Origin: Phaeosaccion multiseriatum
Taxonomy: Eukaryota; Protista; Ochrophyta, other classes
DNA length: 64,000 nt
Reading direction: 5' to 3'
NCBI GenBank assembly: GCA_965112735.1
Contig: OZ218961.1
Location: forward strand, 1,054,001-1,118,000
Shown in pieces: positions 1 to 12,702 of the stretch (the first letter of the stretch is position 1; each line of letters begins with the position of its first letter). The notes under the pieces are model-generated. The model was not told where the DNA came from, made no database searches, and saw only the letters and a list, made by a program, of their open reading frames with translations. A program made the translations under genes and the position numbers.

Positions 1-158
1 CTCCCTCCGTTCGTCCATCCCTCCCTTCCTTCTTTACTCTCTCCCTCCCTCCGGTCGTCCATCCATCCCCCCCACCTCTCTTGCGTCTTGATGCTTTCAA
101 ACACTGTCTTCCTGATAGTGAGAACATGAGTGCGTGCGTGTGTGCATGTGTGCCTCAC

Positions 159-754
159 CTCCAAAGGCTCCGTGGTTGAGAAAGGACCAGGAAGGATCCA
201 AAAGGAAAAGGTTTTTGGCAGCCGCAGAGCCGAAGGCGGGAAAGGGGGAGGGGGCAGTGTGTTCACTGTTACCGTCCCTGTTTTCTCTTCTGCTGACTTT
301 CACGATGTCTGAAGGTAGAGGAGGTGGTGTGTACCTGTTGTGAGTGAAGGGAAGAGGGTGGATGGGTAGGTGGTGAGTGAGTTGGGGTTGGGGGGGAGAG
401 GGAGGGAGGGAGGGAGGGAGGGAGGGAGTGTGGGAGGGAAACAGACAGGTCATGGGGCTCCTTCCCACAGAACAAAGGCGGACTCTCCCATACTCACCTC
501 TCCTTGGGAAGTCTCAGCAGCTCCTCGACATTGTCCGAATGGAACGACCCGAAGCCTCGGTATCCTCGGTGTCGCTCCTCCTCCTCGTCCTCCTCGTCCT
601 CCTCCTCGCCCCTTTCTCTCGTTGAGGCCCTTACTACTGGCGGGCCGTCTGTGATGGTGCTACCAGAGCGAGTGCAGAGACGAAAAACTTGACTGCATCG
701 CGCCGCAGCGGTAGCGTGGCGTCTAAGATTACAGTGAAGATACGCGAAGCTCAT
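159..754 (-). CDS. Class V PLP-dependent aminotransferase (L-cysteine desulfhydrase / Egt2 / isopenicillin N epimerase-like); 5' exons only, gene runs off the window start
   Basis: Exons 754-498 and 334-159 with GT/AG ends join to give ...EELLRLPKERYTPPPLP...FG...KNLFLLDPSWSFLNHGAFG. F-x-L-D...FLNHGAFG is the N-terminal signature of this family. Confidence 0.75.
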
Positions 755-1250
755 CGGGAGGAGGGCGGGATTTCCCCCCAACCCTCCTCTCTTCTCTGCC
801 TTCTTGGCTTCGCTACAGCTGTATGTGTGGACCTACATCGACGCAGCCACATTTCTTTGCTCTTTCCATATGTACACGGAGAGATTTATGTGATCTTTAT
901 GTTCTCTCTCTCTCGATCATTAACTTACGAGTCTAAGCTGATCGATCTTTGGCGACGGTTGACGGCCCGTTGGTCATCCCGGGCAGCCCCGCCTTCTTCT
1001 TCTTGCTATATATATGTTCTTCGACAGGAATAGAAAAGCAGTTAGATGAGTGCCGGAAGAAGCAAGAGCGCGACGGCGACCACTTCCGGCTAGAGCATAT
1101 GTGCCGCTTGCTGACGAACAAAGAACACAGCAAGCTCACACTGTTGAGGTGACCGTTTGAGGCAAGGAAATCGACACCCTCCCTTCGTCTCTTCTCTCCT
1201 CCTTGAACAAGGCAGGAAGGAAAGAAGACAGTTCACGAACGAGAGGGGCC

Positions 1251-1796
1251 ATGGCTGGGAACTCCTCCTCGGCCCGGAGGCCGCTCCATCCGGACCTATC
1301 GCCGTCGATCTCTCTTACCATGGAGCTGGAGGAGGAGAGGCAGCAACTGGCGGCGGCGAGAAAGGTGCTGGAACAGCGTTATCTCTTCCGGCACGCCACG
1401 ATTACCGAGTTTGGGAAGGTTCACGCGACGAGCCTGAAGAACGTCAAGGTCAAGTTCTTCAAGCAGTGCAAGGTGGCCAAACAAAGGAACGAGGAGGTGC
1501 TGAAGCTCATTCGAAAGGTTGGTTAGGTTGTTGTTGGTTGGTTGGTTGGTTGGTTGTTGATTACCTAGTCCGCCTTGTGTCTACTCGCCTGAACTCGGTC
1601 GCCTGTAAGGCTATATAAGGTCGCTAAAAGCGGCTCGCTCCCGAAGTAATCTGTGTGCTGTCAACCGCCCTGCCTCTCCCTAATCCTCCCTCCTTCAGTC
1701 GACCCATCTCCTCTTCAGTGTCATCACCCGCTGCTACTCTCTCTCCCTAACCTCCCCTCCTGCCCTCCCCGTCCCCTTTACAATCTCTTCACCCGC

Positions 1797-1834
<38 letters not shown>

Positions 1835-2546
1835 CCTCCCTGCCCCCTTCACAGACCAACGAAGACTTCAAGGCCAAAGAGGATGCAGTGGCCTCGATGC
1901 GGCAACTCAGACAGCAACAGGAGCGCTTTCTCACACAGGTGGAAACTGTCAGGCCGTCGTGGCAAGAAGAGCAGGTACGTACGTACACGTATGTGTGTAC
2001 GTGGGGGCCTACGTAAGGGACTACGTATGAGAGTTGTTGATCTTGGTCAGACCGGAAGGCTCGACAGGACAGAGGAGAGTGGGCGCTTCGAGGTGGGGGG
2101 CGGGGGGGGGTGTTGCGTAGTCCTCTTTGTGTGGTAAGCAACTCCTGTCTTGTCCACTCGACTCCACTCCTCCACTGCAGTTCAGCTCAAGTCAGTTCAG
2201 GTCCATGTTTAGACCGACCTTTCGAAACAAAACAGCTATTGATATCCCATGATCCCAATATCGACCGATCTACAACTCAATACCGACATGGACTCCCATG
2301 TGTGGTTTCGGTTTCCGGGAGCAGATGCACAAGAGGCTGGCGACGATGCATGCACTGGAGAAGGCACGGTTTGAGAGTGAGCTGCGCAGACAAGCCAAAC
2401 AGGAGGACTTTGTGAGAGAACAGGCCACTCGGGCAGCGTTGGAGAGGAAGAGGCACGAGCTCATGGTAGCGCAGGTAGGGAGGGATTCTGACTGTTACTA
2501 TCTGTCTGTCTTTCTGTCTGTATGTCTTTGTCCGTCTGTCTGTCTG

Positions 2547-2593
<47 letters not shown>

Positions 2594-3533
2594 CTCTCGT
2601 CTCTCTGCCTGCATGTCTGCATATGTGTCTGTGTGTGTGTCTCTGTCTACCCTCTCTCTCTAATCCCTCTCTAATCCCTCCCTCACACACACACACACAC
2701 ACACACACGTGTACGCACAGCTCGGAGAGCAACACGACGATGCGGAGAGGGCGGTGCGTAGAGAGGCTCTCTCCTCAGAGGTCAAAAGTCTCGATCGGGA
2801 AATCTACACGCAGGCAGCCAAGGCCGCCAGAGAGACCCACCAGGCCTTGATGCAGCAGCAGATATTTCCAGGGGGGGGCGGACCGGATGGCAGTGGAAGG
2901 AGAGGGGGGCAGCAGCAGCAACAGGAGGTTGATCCGGGCGTAGTTGCTTCCATCGGGAAGGCCCTTCAGGTATGTCTGTTTCGTTTGTTTGATGGTTTTT
3001 GGGCAGCAAGAACCCGGGGTGGAGGGGTGGAGAGGGGGGGGGGGTCGGGGCGGTGCGAGTGGGAATGAGCCCAGAGCAGGAAAAGATGAGGGAGGGAAGG
3101 AGGGGGGGTGTAGGGAGGAGTACAGGCCAGTACAGGACAGGGGAAGGGAGGGAGACCAACGAAGCTTCCAAGAAGCGATTGGGGCGCTGTGATGTGTCTA
3201 TTGGGGCGCTGTGATGTGTCTATTGGGGCGCTGTGATGTGTCTATTGGGGCGCTGTGATGTGTCTATTGGGGCGCTGTGATGTGTCTATTGGGGCGCTGT
3301 GATGTGTCTATTGGGGCGCTGTGATGTGTCTATTGGGGCGCTGTGATGACAGCTTATGTGCGGCAAAGGGAAGGAAAGGAAGGGGACGGGAAGGAAAGGG
3401 AAGGGAAGAAAGGGAAGAGAAGCTTTACGCGGGGCTACATCGTAGTCTTAACCTATCATGTGTCCCATGTGGATAGTCCTCCTCGCCACATGTACATGTA
3501 CATATATATATAATATATATATATATAATATAT

Positions 3534-3564
<31 letters not shown>

Positions 3565-6500
3565 TGACAGTGCATCCTCTTTCTTTTGTCAGGATGCCTA
3601 CAAGGAAAAAGAGGAAGCCGCCGCTGCAGGAGAGGGGGCGGGGAGGAGAGGGTTTCTGCGTAGGTGAGTGGACACACACACACAGAGAGAGAGGGGGGGG
3701 GTGGGGTTGTTTTTTAATGAACAAGTAGTCGTATGTGGTACTGCGGCGTTTCTTCACCGTCTCTCTACCTCACTCCCTCTACGCCGCCCTCTCTTACCTC
3801 TCCAACCTCGTGTATTCGGCTTACCTCCTCCTCCTCCTCCTCCTCCTCCTCCTCCTCCTCCTCCTCCTCCTCCCCCTTCACCTTGCCCATAAGTGATCTT
3901 TACGACTTCACGACAGCATTCGCTGAGCGGCAGCAGCAGCAGCAAGAGAGAAGCAATAACGAACTCGAGAGGGATCCCAACGACGTCGCTTCCACCGCTG
4001 TATCACCAACTGCTGGTGATGATCGCAGCGCTGCTCGTGCTCACGGCGCTTGGCTGGCACAGCAACTGTCTCTCGATGCCGCCGCAGCAGCAGCAGCCTC
4101 TTTCCACCAGACGCAGCTTGATGAAAGGCTGGCGGCAGCAGCAGCAGCAGCAGCGTCAGCAGCAGATGGTGATACAGCAGCGGCAGGAAAGAAGCAACGA
4201 GTGCGGCGGCCTAAGTCGCAGGCAAAGGAGCAGCAAGGGCGAGAAGAGGCGCAGCAGCATGCAGATGGGGGGGGGCATGAGCCGCAGCAGTTGGTGATAC
4301 AGCGGCAGCATGCAGATGGGGGGAGGCGTGAACAGCAGCAGCGCAGACGCCGAGCGGGCTCCTCGGCTTCCCCTTCCGCTGCCAGTCGTGCACGCCCCCG
4401 CAGCCCCTCAAGAGCAGCAGTTGATGATACGGCAGCAGGAAGCTCACAGATGGCAGCGGCGAAGCCTTGTGCTCCACGGAGTGCACTGGAAAGACAAATG
4501 GGGCATGCTGTCGAGAACGAAAAGCACCTCAGGGGAGGGGCCACGACACTCACGCGTGTGACAACTCCCATAGACCTCTCTGTCGTCCTCGCACCGCACG
4601 ACTCCTCCTCTTCCTCCTCTTCCTCCTCTTCCTCCTCCTCTTCTTCCTCTTCCACTCCGTGCCCCGGTCCTGCAGTGGCGGTGGTAGAGGGAGCAGAAGC
4701 AGGGGCGACCAGCGGTGAATCAGAGCAGCAGCAGCAGCATCAGTTGGTGATACAGCAGCAGCAGTCGGGCGTGTTGCCTCGCAAATCCCTCTCAGCGGGT
4801 TATTCTGGGGCTGGAATCTCAGATGGTGGTGCCGGTGGTGGTGATCGTGTTGGTGGTACGAAGGGAGCCCCTTCGCAGCTGCCGTCGCCAGCAGCCCCTG
4901 TCGTGCTCGGTTTGGGCAAGAAGACCGTAAGCGGAAGGGGTGGTGGAGGTGGTGGGGAGATGGCAGTGGGTGGTGGTCGAAGTGATGACTGCTGCTTGGG
5001 AGCACGGCTCGGGGCAGAGCTGACTCCTTCCGCCTACAGAGGGGTGATAAGGCAGCTCATGGCAACGCTAGAGAGCGGCTTGGGAGGGGCAGGAGTAAGG
5101 GCAGCAGTTGGTGATACAGGGGAGAAGAGAGGCTCACCACGTGGTGGGGGCTGTTGCTATGATGACGTCACGCTTCTTCCAGGCCCAGGGGGGGCAGGCC
5201 CAGGGGGGGACGGTGAGGACTTGCTGTCTGCGATGAAAGGAGTTGTAGCCTCGGCAAGTAAGCAGCTAGGAGAGGGAGGACAGGAGAAAGAGGAGGACAG
5301 CCATAGACATGGTGATGACGGCGTGGTTGCTTCCACCGTGCTGGAGCTGCTGCGCTGGAAGGCTCTTCTCCCTCCGGAGCTTCTCTCGGGACGGGTGACG
5401 CTGGACAAGATTAAAGCCCATCACAGGGCACACAAGCAGGTGAGTGTTCGTTTCAGTTTATTGGTTGATTGCCCTTCGATGTTTCGTGGATATCATTATT
5501 ATATCGAACACATCGATAACGCTCCTGAGCCCACACAAACGCTTCCGTTCAAGTTGGTGAGGGTGAGGGGGGGGGTTGGGGATTTGGGCATCCGTCGATC
5601 ACAGATGACACAGGGGTTGGAACTTGAGCACTGACTTGGACTGAATCCTTTGCTTCGTCTCCATCCACACACACATACACACGCACACACACACACACAA
5701 ACACACACACGCACACACACACACACGCACGCACACACACACACACACACACGCACAGGGAGGAGAGGAGGAAATGTGGGAGCTGTTGACAGGACACATT
5801 CGGCGTTTGATCTCTGCGGGGAGTGGCAAAGGAGGAATGCATCCGGCCAGAGCAGTCGAAGTCTTCACCCCCGTCTTGCTTCCTCCTCCACAGCAGGGGG
5901 GGATTCAGCTCCAAGGGGGCGCAGAGGTGTCTACAGCCGACCGAGACAGACTCGCGAGGAAGATCTCAGGTGGGGGGCGAGGGGTGAGGGATGAGGGGTG
6001 AGGAGTGAGGAGTGAGGAGTGAGGAGTGAGGAGCAGTTTCAGGGTCACTCTTAGGTTTTAGTCGGTGGACCGCGACAAAGCAATATCGAGAACCGATATC
6101 GTATCGATGGAATATATCGTATCGATGGTATTCCATCGCCGGTGACTGTAATTGATAGGTTGGCAGATAGGTAGGGAGGGGGGGTGGGTTGGATAGGTCG
6201 ATCGGTTAGGTACGTATGTACTGACGTAGGTTGGTAGGAAGATTGGTAGGTAGGCAAGAGAAGGTAGATAAGTAGGTGGGTAGGAAGGAGTGGGAGGGTG
6301 GGTAAGTAGGTAGGTAAAGGGAGAGATAATGGCTTACAGCAGAGACAGAGAGAGAATCTTGAGAGTCGGCAGTACCAGTAGAGCATCAGTGGAGCATGAG
6401 TGGAGCATCAGTGTAGTACCAGTGGAGCGCCAGTGAGGCACCAGTGAGGCACCAGTGAAGCGCCAGGGGAGCAATTTAGGGTTGATGTACTGTCATGTTC

Positions 6501-7386
6501 ATGCACATTTTGTGTTTTTGTGTCTTTACTCAAACGTTTGAGTGACCTCCTCGCCCCCTCCACCCCCCCCCACTCTTTACACCCAACCACTACTCCCACG
6601 ACACGACCAGGGCTCCTCACTTCGGTAGCGACGGGCGGCGACGGTAGCAGCAGCAGCAGGGGCAGCAGCAGCAGCGGCAACAGGCAGAACTCTGTGTCAG
6701 CCGCAGCAGCCACCTCTCCAGGGGGGGGCAGAAAGAGCCCCCGGGGGGCAGCATCGAGGTCGTCCTTGCCTGTTGCTTTCCCCTCCTCCTCGACACCTGT
6801 TGTTGGCGCGTCGTCATCGGCGTCACATTTGACAGCAGTAGCATCGTCAGTGGCAGGGAAAGGAGATGAGAAGCGCAGAGGATTGCTAAAAGCAAGCGGT
6901 TCTCTGCGGTCTGTGAGGAAGTCAAGCATCACTGTGGTTCAGCAGCAGCCGCAGCAGCAGCAGGCCGGGGGTGGGGTGGGGAGCAGGGTGGGTGTCCAAG
7001 CCTTGGTGGGGGCAGGAGCAGCAGCAGCAGCAGGAGGAGGAGAAAGAGGAAGAGGAGGGGGAGGAATGGTGGAAGGTGGTAGCCGAGACGAAGCACCAAC
7101 ACGCCTAGAGGAGCTTGAGGGAGATGAAATTGTGAGCAGCAGCAGCGACGATGATGAGCTGGGGTTGTCACTTATGTCAATGAAATCGATTGGGTCAGGG
7201 CTAGGCTTGGGAGGAGGAGGAGGAGGGGCAGAGAGGTCATCTGGGTTGGTAAGTGGGCTTGTAGCAGCCCAATCAGCGGTATCAGCAGCGGCAGCGGCGG
7301 CGGCAGACGGTGGTCGCGACGGCAGGAGCAGCAGCGGAGCTGTGCCAACCGCCGAGGCGGACATTTCACAGCTCGTGGACTTTTAG
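1251..7386 (+). CDS. Large coiled-coil/low-complexity protein, 8 exons; N-terminus possibly Kizuna-like
   Basis: Phase-consistent exons 1251-1517, 1855-1974, 2325-2474, 2721-2969, 3593-3663, 3894-5439, 5759-5969, 6611-7386. Helical charged N-terminus (MELEEERQQL...AKQRNEEVLK); ends ADISQLVDF*. Start could be 1251 or 1320. Confidence 0.7.
3178..3348. repeat. Intronic minisatellite, 22-bp unit (ggggcgctgtgatgtgtctatt) x ~7.7
   Basis: Identical units start at 3181, 3203, 3225, 3247, 3269, 3291, 3313 and 3335 (partial); no spacers. Confidence 0.95.
6381..6470. repeat. Degenerate ~11-bp tandem repeat (cagtgRagcaY-like) in an intron
   Basis: agcatcagtgg/agcatgagtgg/agcatcagtgt/agtaccagtgg/agcgccagtga/ggcaccagtga... 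Confidence 0.8.
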
Positions 7387-8735
7387 TTCTAATCAATTCA
7401 TTCATCAAATATGTATTATAGTTGATGTTCCGAGGAGGCGAGGAATGTTCCGCATGCCTCTCCATACCCCTCCTGTCGTTGTGCTGCTGCTCTTCCCAAG
7501 CGCATGCTTTGCCCCCCTTTGACCTCAAACCGAGAAGCGAAAGCGTAAGCCATCCCCACTCTTGTACGTACCCCTATACAACTGTTGCATAGTGAGTGCA
7601 GCTGGACGGACTGACTGACTGACTGACTGACTGACTGACTCAATGAACCACTGCGTACAACTGGACTGACTGACTGATTGACTGACTGACTGACTGAATA
7701 AACCACTGCGTGGCTCCTCTGCTCCCTCCCGTCCCTCCGTGGGGCAAGAGCTCGTCGTCGACAGCGCCCCTTCTCTCTCTCTGTCTCTCTCTCTCCCTCT
7801 GTGTTCAGGCAGCGCCCCTTCTCTCTCTGTGTCTCCCTCCCTCCCTCTGTGTTCCTACCTAGGTCTTGTCTCAATAAATCTCCTCCTCTCCTCTCCTCTC
7901 CCCCCTCTAACCCTCCCTCTTCCTCTCTTTTGTTGTTGTTGTTGTGCTCTGTCTAAGTCTATAATACGCTCCTCCTCGTCCTCCTCCTCCTCCTCCTCCT
8001 CCTCCTCGTCGTTGTCGTGCTTGGACTCTCATCCCCCAACACTTGTTTTTCTCTTTCTTCCTCTCCTTTCCTTCCCCTCTCGCTGTACATGTGTTCCATC
8101 CTCCCTCCTCTCTCCTCTCTCTTGCTTCTAATCTGACACTGATTGATACCCTACCAAAAAACACGCACACACACAAAACTACACTTCACGCGAAGTAACT
8201 AAGCAACTACTAACTAGTCCAACGCTCCCAAAAAATAACGAAGAAGGTACTCTTGGTGAAAAACTACAGTACTCTAATCGTACACTACAGTACAGTACCC
8301 GCCCAAAACTGTAAAAACAACAACAACAGCACCAACACGCACTCACCACTATCGAGTGACACACACACAAATACCCCTAAACAGTCCTCTATACGTCATC
8401 GATCGTATAGGACCCACAAAACATCTCCTCCCCTCCCCTCCTCTCCCCTCCCCGCCCTTCCTCTTCTAGGCCTTCCTTTCCGTTCCCCTTTTGGAGCCCT
8501 CTCATATCTCTCGTCTGAGTATGCATTAAGTCACCAAATCGTAGAAAGAATCCCCCAACCCCCCCCTCAAAACCGCTCCACCCACCCTGCTCTGCCTTGG
8601 CCTGCCCTGCCTTGGCCTGCCCGCCGGGGAGAATCCCTCTCTCTGTCCCGTGCGCGCACGTGTGTGTGCGTGTGCGTGCGTGTGTGTGTGTGTGCCCTCT
8701 CCTCCTCCTCCTCCTCCTCCTCCTCCTCCTCTGTC

Positions 8736-11700
8736 TCAAGACTGAGCAGACTGAGCTGTCATCATGGAAGTGGGAGGCTTCCCTCGTGAAAAGTCAGTGG
8801 AGGCTCTCCGCTTCTTCTTCACGCCCCCTCGTCGGCTGCCGCTCTTCTTCCCACCGCCACCACCACTGCTGCTGCTGCTGCTGCTGCCCTCTCCTCCTCC
8901 TCCTCCTCCTCCTCCTCCTCCTCCTCCTCCTCCTCCTTCTGCCTGGCGCTGCTCCTGCTGCACCTTGAGCTGCTGGGCCTCGTCCCTGAGCTTCCGACTC
9001 TGTGTCTGATACAGGACCTTGTTGGTATACACCACAATCTTCTCCAATACCTCCGCTCGGTTCATGTCCGGGTAGAGCGTAGGAGCCGTATGTAACCTAA
9101 AGTCCGGCCCATACACGGGAAAGTCGTCGTGTTCGGGAATTGCTTGCGGCAGGGCCTCTGAGGCAAACGGTCCAATCACCGCTGCCGTCAGCACGGTCCA
9201 CAGCCGAGCAGTACTCCTTGGCTCATATCCCCCTCCCCCAAGTACAAGCATGGGCAGCTTGGTACGCTCCACCCTCTCCACACACTTTTGCAGCCCGCGT
9301 GAGGTGAGGTTGAATGGCCCCAGAGGATCGTCGGACAGTCCGTCAGCACCGCATTGCAGGACGACGGCCTGGGGCTGGAAGAAGCGCATGACTTGATCAA
9401 AGACGCTGTCGAAGAGGGGGCAGAAGGAAGCGTCGCTGCAGCCGCTGTTGAGGGGGACATTGACGGAGTAGTATCTTTTGTTTGGGAGGAGAGAGTTTTT
9501 TTCCGGGGGGGAGGGGGGGGAGGGGTGGGAGGGGTGGGAGGCGGGGAGGGGAGAGAGATGGGGAGGGAAAGGTGGGGGGGAAGAGAGAGAGGGAGGGGGA
9601 GGGGGAGGGAAGGAGAGGGAGAATAGAGGGGAGGAGAGGAGAGGGAGTAAGCGAGACTGGCAGGAGGACAGTAGCAACAGCGAAAGTAAGACACAATCCT
9701 TTCTTTTGTATCCTCATCTTTGCGCCTCTCTCATTATTTTGTTCTTCTGCTTTTCCTTCAGTCCAGCGAGCCCAACTCACTTCCTTCCTTCCTTCCTCAC
9801 CTCCCCTTGACTTACTTTCCGCGCGCAGCCCCCACGTCAGTGAATTTGCCCGTGCCGGGGTAGAAGCCTTTGCAGAACTTGTGCCATGAAACGGTCAGCA
9901 CGCGGTCACTGGTGTAGAAGGCTTCCTCCACCCCATCTGGTACGATGAGGGAGAGGACGCAGAGGTGAGGAGTGTCAGGACAGAAGGGTGAGGGGTGTCA
10001 GGACAGGAGACAGGTGTGAGGGGTGTCAGGACAGAGGGGTGAGGGGTGTCAGGACAGGGCACACCTCACCCACGCACCCACGCACCTACCCAACCACGCA
10101 CCCACCCATGCACCATACTTCACCCACCCTTTGACATCCCCCCCCCTACCCATTGACATACCACTCTCATCCGCTCCTTTCCATACTACACTCAATCCAC
10201 CCATTGACATACTACACCCACCCATTGACATAAGCCTACACACACCCTCGCACCCACCTGGATGATGAACATCGAGGTCCAAGTAGAGCACTCTGCGGAA
10301 GCGTTTCAGAAGCATCATGATGGACAGTACACAGTCATTGACATAGCAGAAGCCCCCCGCACTCCTCTTCTTGGCGTGGTGTCGGCCCCCTCCCCAGTTG
10401 ATAACCGCGTCTGCCTCTCCTCGGAGGAGAAGGTTGGCGCCCTGGATAGAAGCACCGGCTACGGCACAGCTGAAAGAAAAGTTTTGTGTGTGTGTGTGTT
10501 GGATTTGTTGGAATTCATTCCGTGGTTTGCGCGACAGGGTAGACACGACAGCACAAAGGGGGGCGGTGTGAGTGTGAGTGAATGAGTGAGTGGGTAGGTG
10601 TGTGAGTCTTCACGCGTCAGTGCATACGTCAGTGAGGTGAGCGAGAGTGAATAAATTCGATCGATCGTTTCGTTCGTTCTTTTGTTCAGACAAGGCAGAC
10701 GGAGACGAGCAGGAGCAGAGACAACATACAAACGAAACGAAACGAAACGAAACAATTTAAGCGTAAAGCAAATCAACTCACTCCCCCCCTCCCTTCCCTC
10801 CCTTCCTCCCTCCCTCCCTCCCTCACCCCCCCACTCACTCCCTCACTCACTCCCTCACTCACTTGTAGTCCCACAGTCCCTCAAACAGCTCGCAGTCGTC
10901 AGTCAGCCCCATGTCCTCCAACTGCTGCTGACGGTCGGGGTCGTTGGCCAAGTCATCCCCCCCTGAGGGACTGCGCATGGCTTCCAGGTAGGCAGGGTCG
11001 TGAAAGGCGGTGAGGTGTGCGACGGAGGCCATGGGTGGCGCCACCACGCGCACCTGTATGTGTGGAGTTGGAAGAGATGCGATGGGTGGCCATGGATGGA
11101 TGGAGGGATGGATGAAATGGATGGATGAAATGGATGCCTGCTCGTCTCTCCATCTGCGCTTGTTGTGTGCTCCCCATCCTCACCCTCTCCCCCCTCCTCC
11201 TCTCCCCCCCCCTCCTCCTCCTCCTCCTCCTCCTCCTCCTCCTCCTCCTCCCCCTCCTCCTCCTCCCCCTCCTCCTCCTCCTCCTCCTCCTCCTCCTCCT
11301 CCTCTTCCTCCTCCTCCTCCTCCTTCGTTCTCCTCCTCCGTCCCCTCATCTCCCTCCCTCCCTCCATCCATCCATCCCCCCTTCCTCCCTCCCCTCCCAC
11401 CCCACCCCACCAATCGTCCCTCCTAGTCTCTCACCTGACTCATGAGGCCGCATGCCGACAGCAAAGAGTAGAGCAACCTATCCCTATCCTCATGCGCCAC
11501 CACCTTCCTACACAACCGCTCGTATTGAGGCGAGTGCATCAGCACCACACGCGATGCGCGTTTGCGCTTCATGGCCCGAAGCGGGTCCGGCGGCGGCGGA
11601 AGCATGATACCAGGAGGGCCGGAGCCGAAACTCAAACTCGTCGGGGCGGGCTGAGGCTCTACCTGCATATCGCCCCCCGGGCTTCTTGTACTACAACTGT

Positions 11701-12637
11701 CAGTGTCCCCACTGCTTCCACCACTACCAATACCACCTGTGCCACACGTCGGGTTGGGACAACTGCCGGTGCTGGTGCTGGTGCTGGTGCTGGTGCTGGT
11801 GCTGCTGGTGCTGCTGATGCTGCTGCTGACGGTAGTGGTGGCGGGGCTGCTGCAAGACTGCTGCTCTGTTTTCTCTTCCTCTGCGTCCTCCTCCTCTTGC
11901 TCTCGCTCTTGCTCGCCCCTGACGCCGCCCACTTCCCCCCCCCCCTCCTCCCCTGCCTCCCGTGCGTCGTCTCCGCTCAATGGCAGCCATGGCGACGACA
12001 TGGGCTGAAAGCTGGTGCTACGGAACACTCCTCCTGCTCCTCCTGCTCCTCGTGTTGCTGCTGATTGCTCCAAGGCGCCATCGGGGCGAGTAGCAGCAGC
12101 AGCACTAGTTGCGTCTTGTTGCTCTGCCCCGCCTGTCTCCTCGAGGTAAGACCTCTGGTACGAAATGCACGTGGAACCTTCGCTCCCCTCCTCTCCATCA
12201 GTGTCCTCCTCATCTCCCTCCGCGACAGGCTCGAAAGGCCTCTTGGTCGGCAAACTGCTCCTCTGCTCTCTGCACGCACTTGTTTCCTCCTCCAAAGGCC
12301 AGGTCATGGACCGCGCCCTACCCCGCATGCCTGGAGTGGGCACCTCTTCGCCGTCCTCGTTCTGTCGCCCTTGATGTGCTGAGGATGCCGCTTCTGGTGG
12401 AACTGTTACTCGTTCTTGTTGTCCCCCAATTGTCACGGCTGGCAGGGGCGGCAAGCAGGCAAAGAAGGAAGAGGGTGTGTGTGCTGCTCCTACTCCCTCT
12501 TGTTCGACTCCTTCCATTGCCGAGCCCGCTGCTGGTGGTTCAGAATCATCCATCGAGATGGCCGAGTCCTCTCCTCGCCTCTCTTGCTGCTCTGCGGCTT
12601 CCAATCTCAAACGTTCTTGTTGCCGCGCCTGCTCCAT
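8736..12637 (-). CDS. Class I histone deacetylase, HDAC8/Hos1-like, with a long disordered N-terminal extension
   Basis: Exons 12637-11435, 11053-10863, 10469-10258, 9936-9816, 9474-8736. Motifs [73 protein letters not shown]. The true start may lie upstream of a C16 tract at 12645-12660. Confidence 0.92.
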
Positions 12638-12658
12638 TTCGCGACCCCCCCCCCCCCC

Positions 12659-12702
<44 letters not shown>

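Noticed and set aside
1027-1149. Exon-like segment (IEKQLDECRKKQERDG...)
   Set aside because: It has AG/GT ends, but I could not join it in phase to the downstream CDS or find a start; may be UTR.
3178-3348. Regular 22-bp repeats as a CRISPR array
   Set aside because: Units are contiguous with no spacers, lie in a spliceosomal intron, and there are no cas genes.
7416-8735. ORFs of 100-180 aa between the first large gene and HDAC, and similar poly-S/P/R/L/THSL ORFs throughout the window
   Set aside because: Translations of stop-free microsatellites or antisense shadows of real exons.
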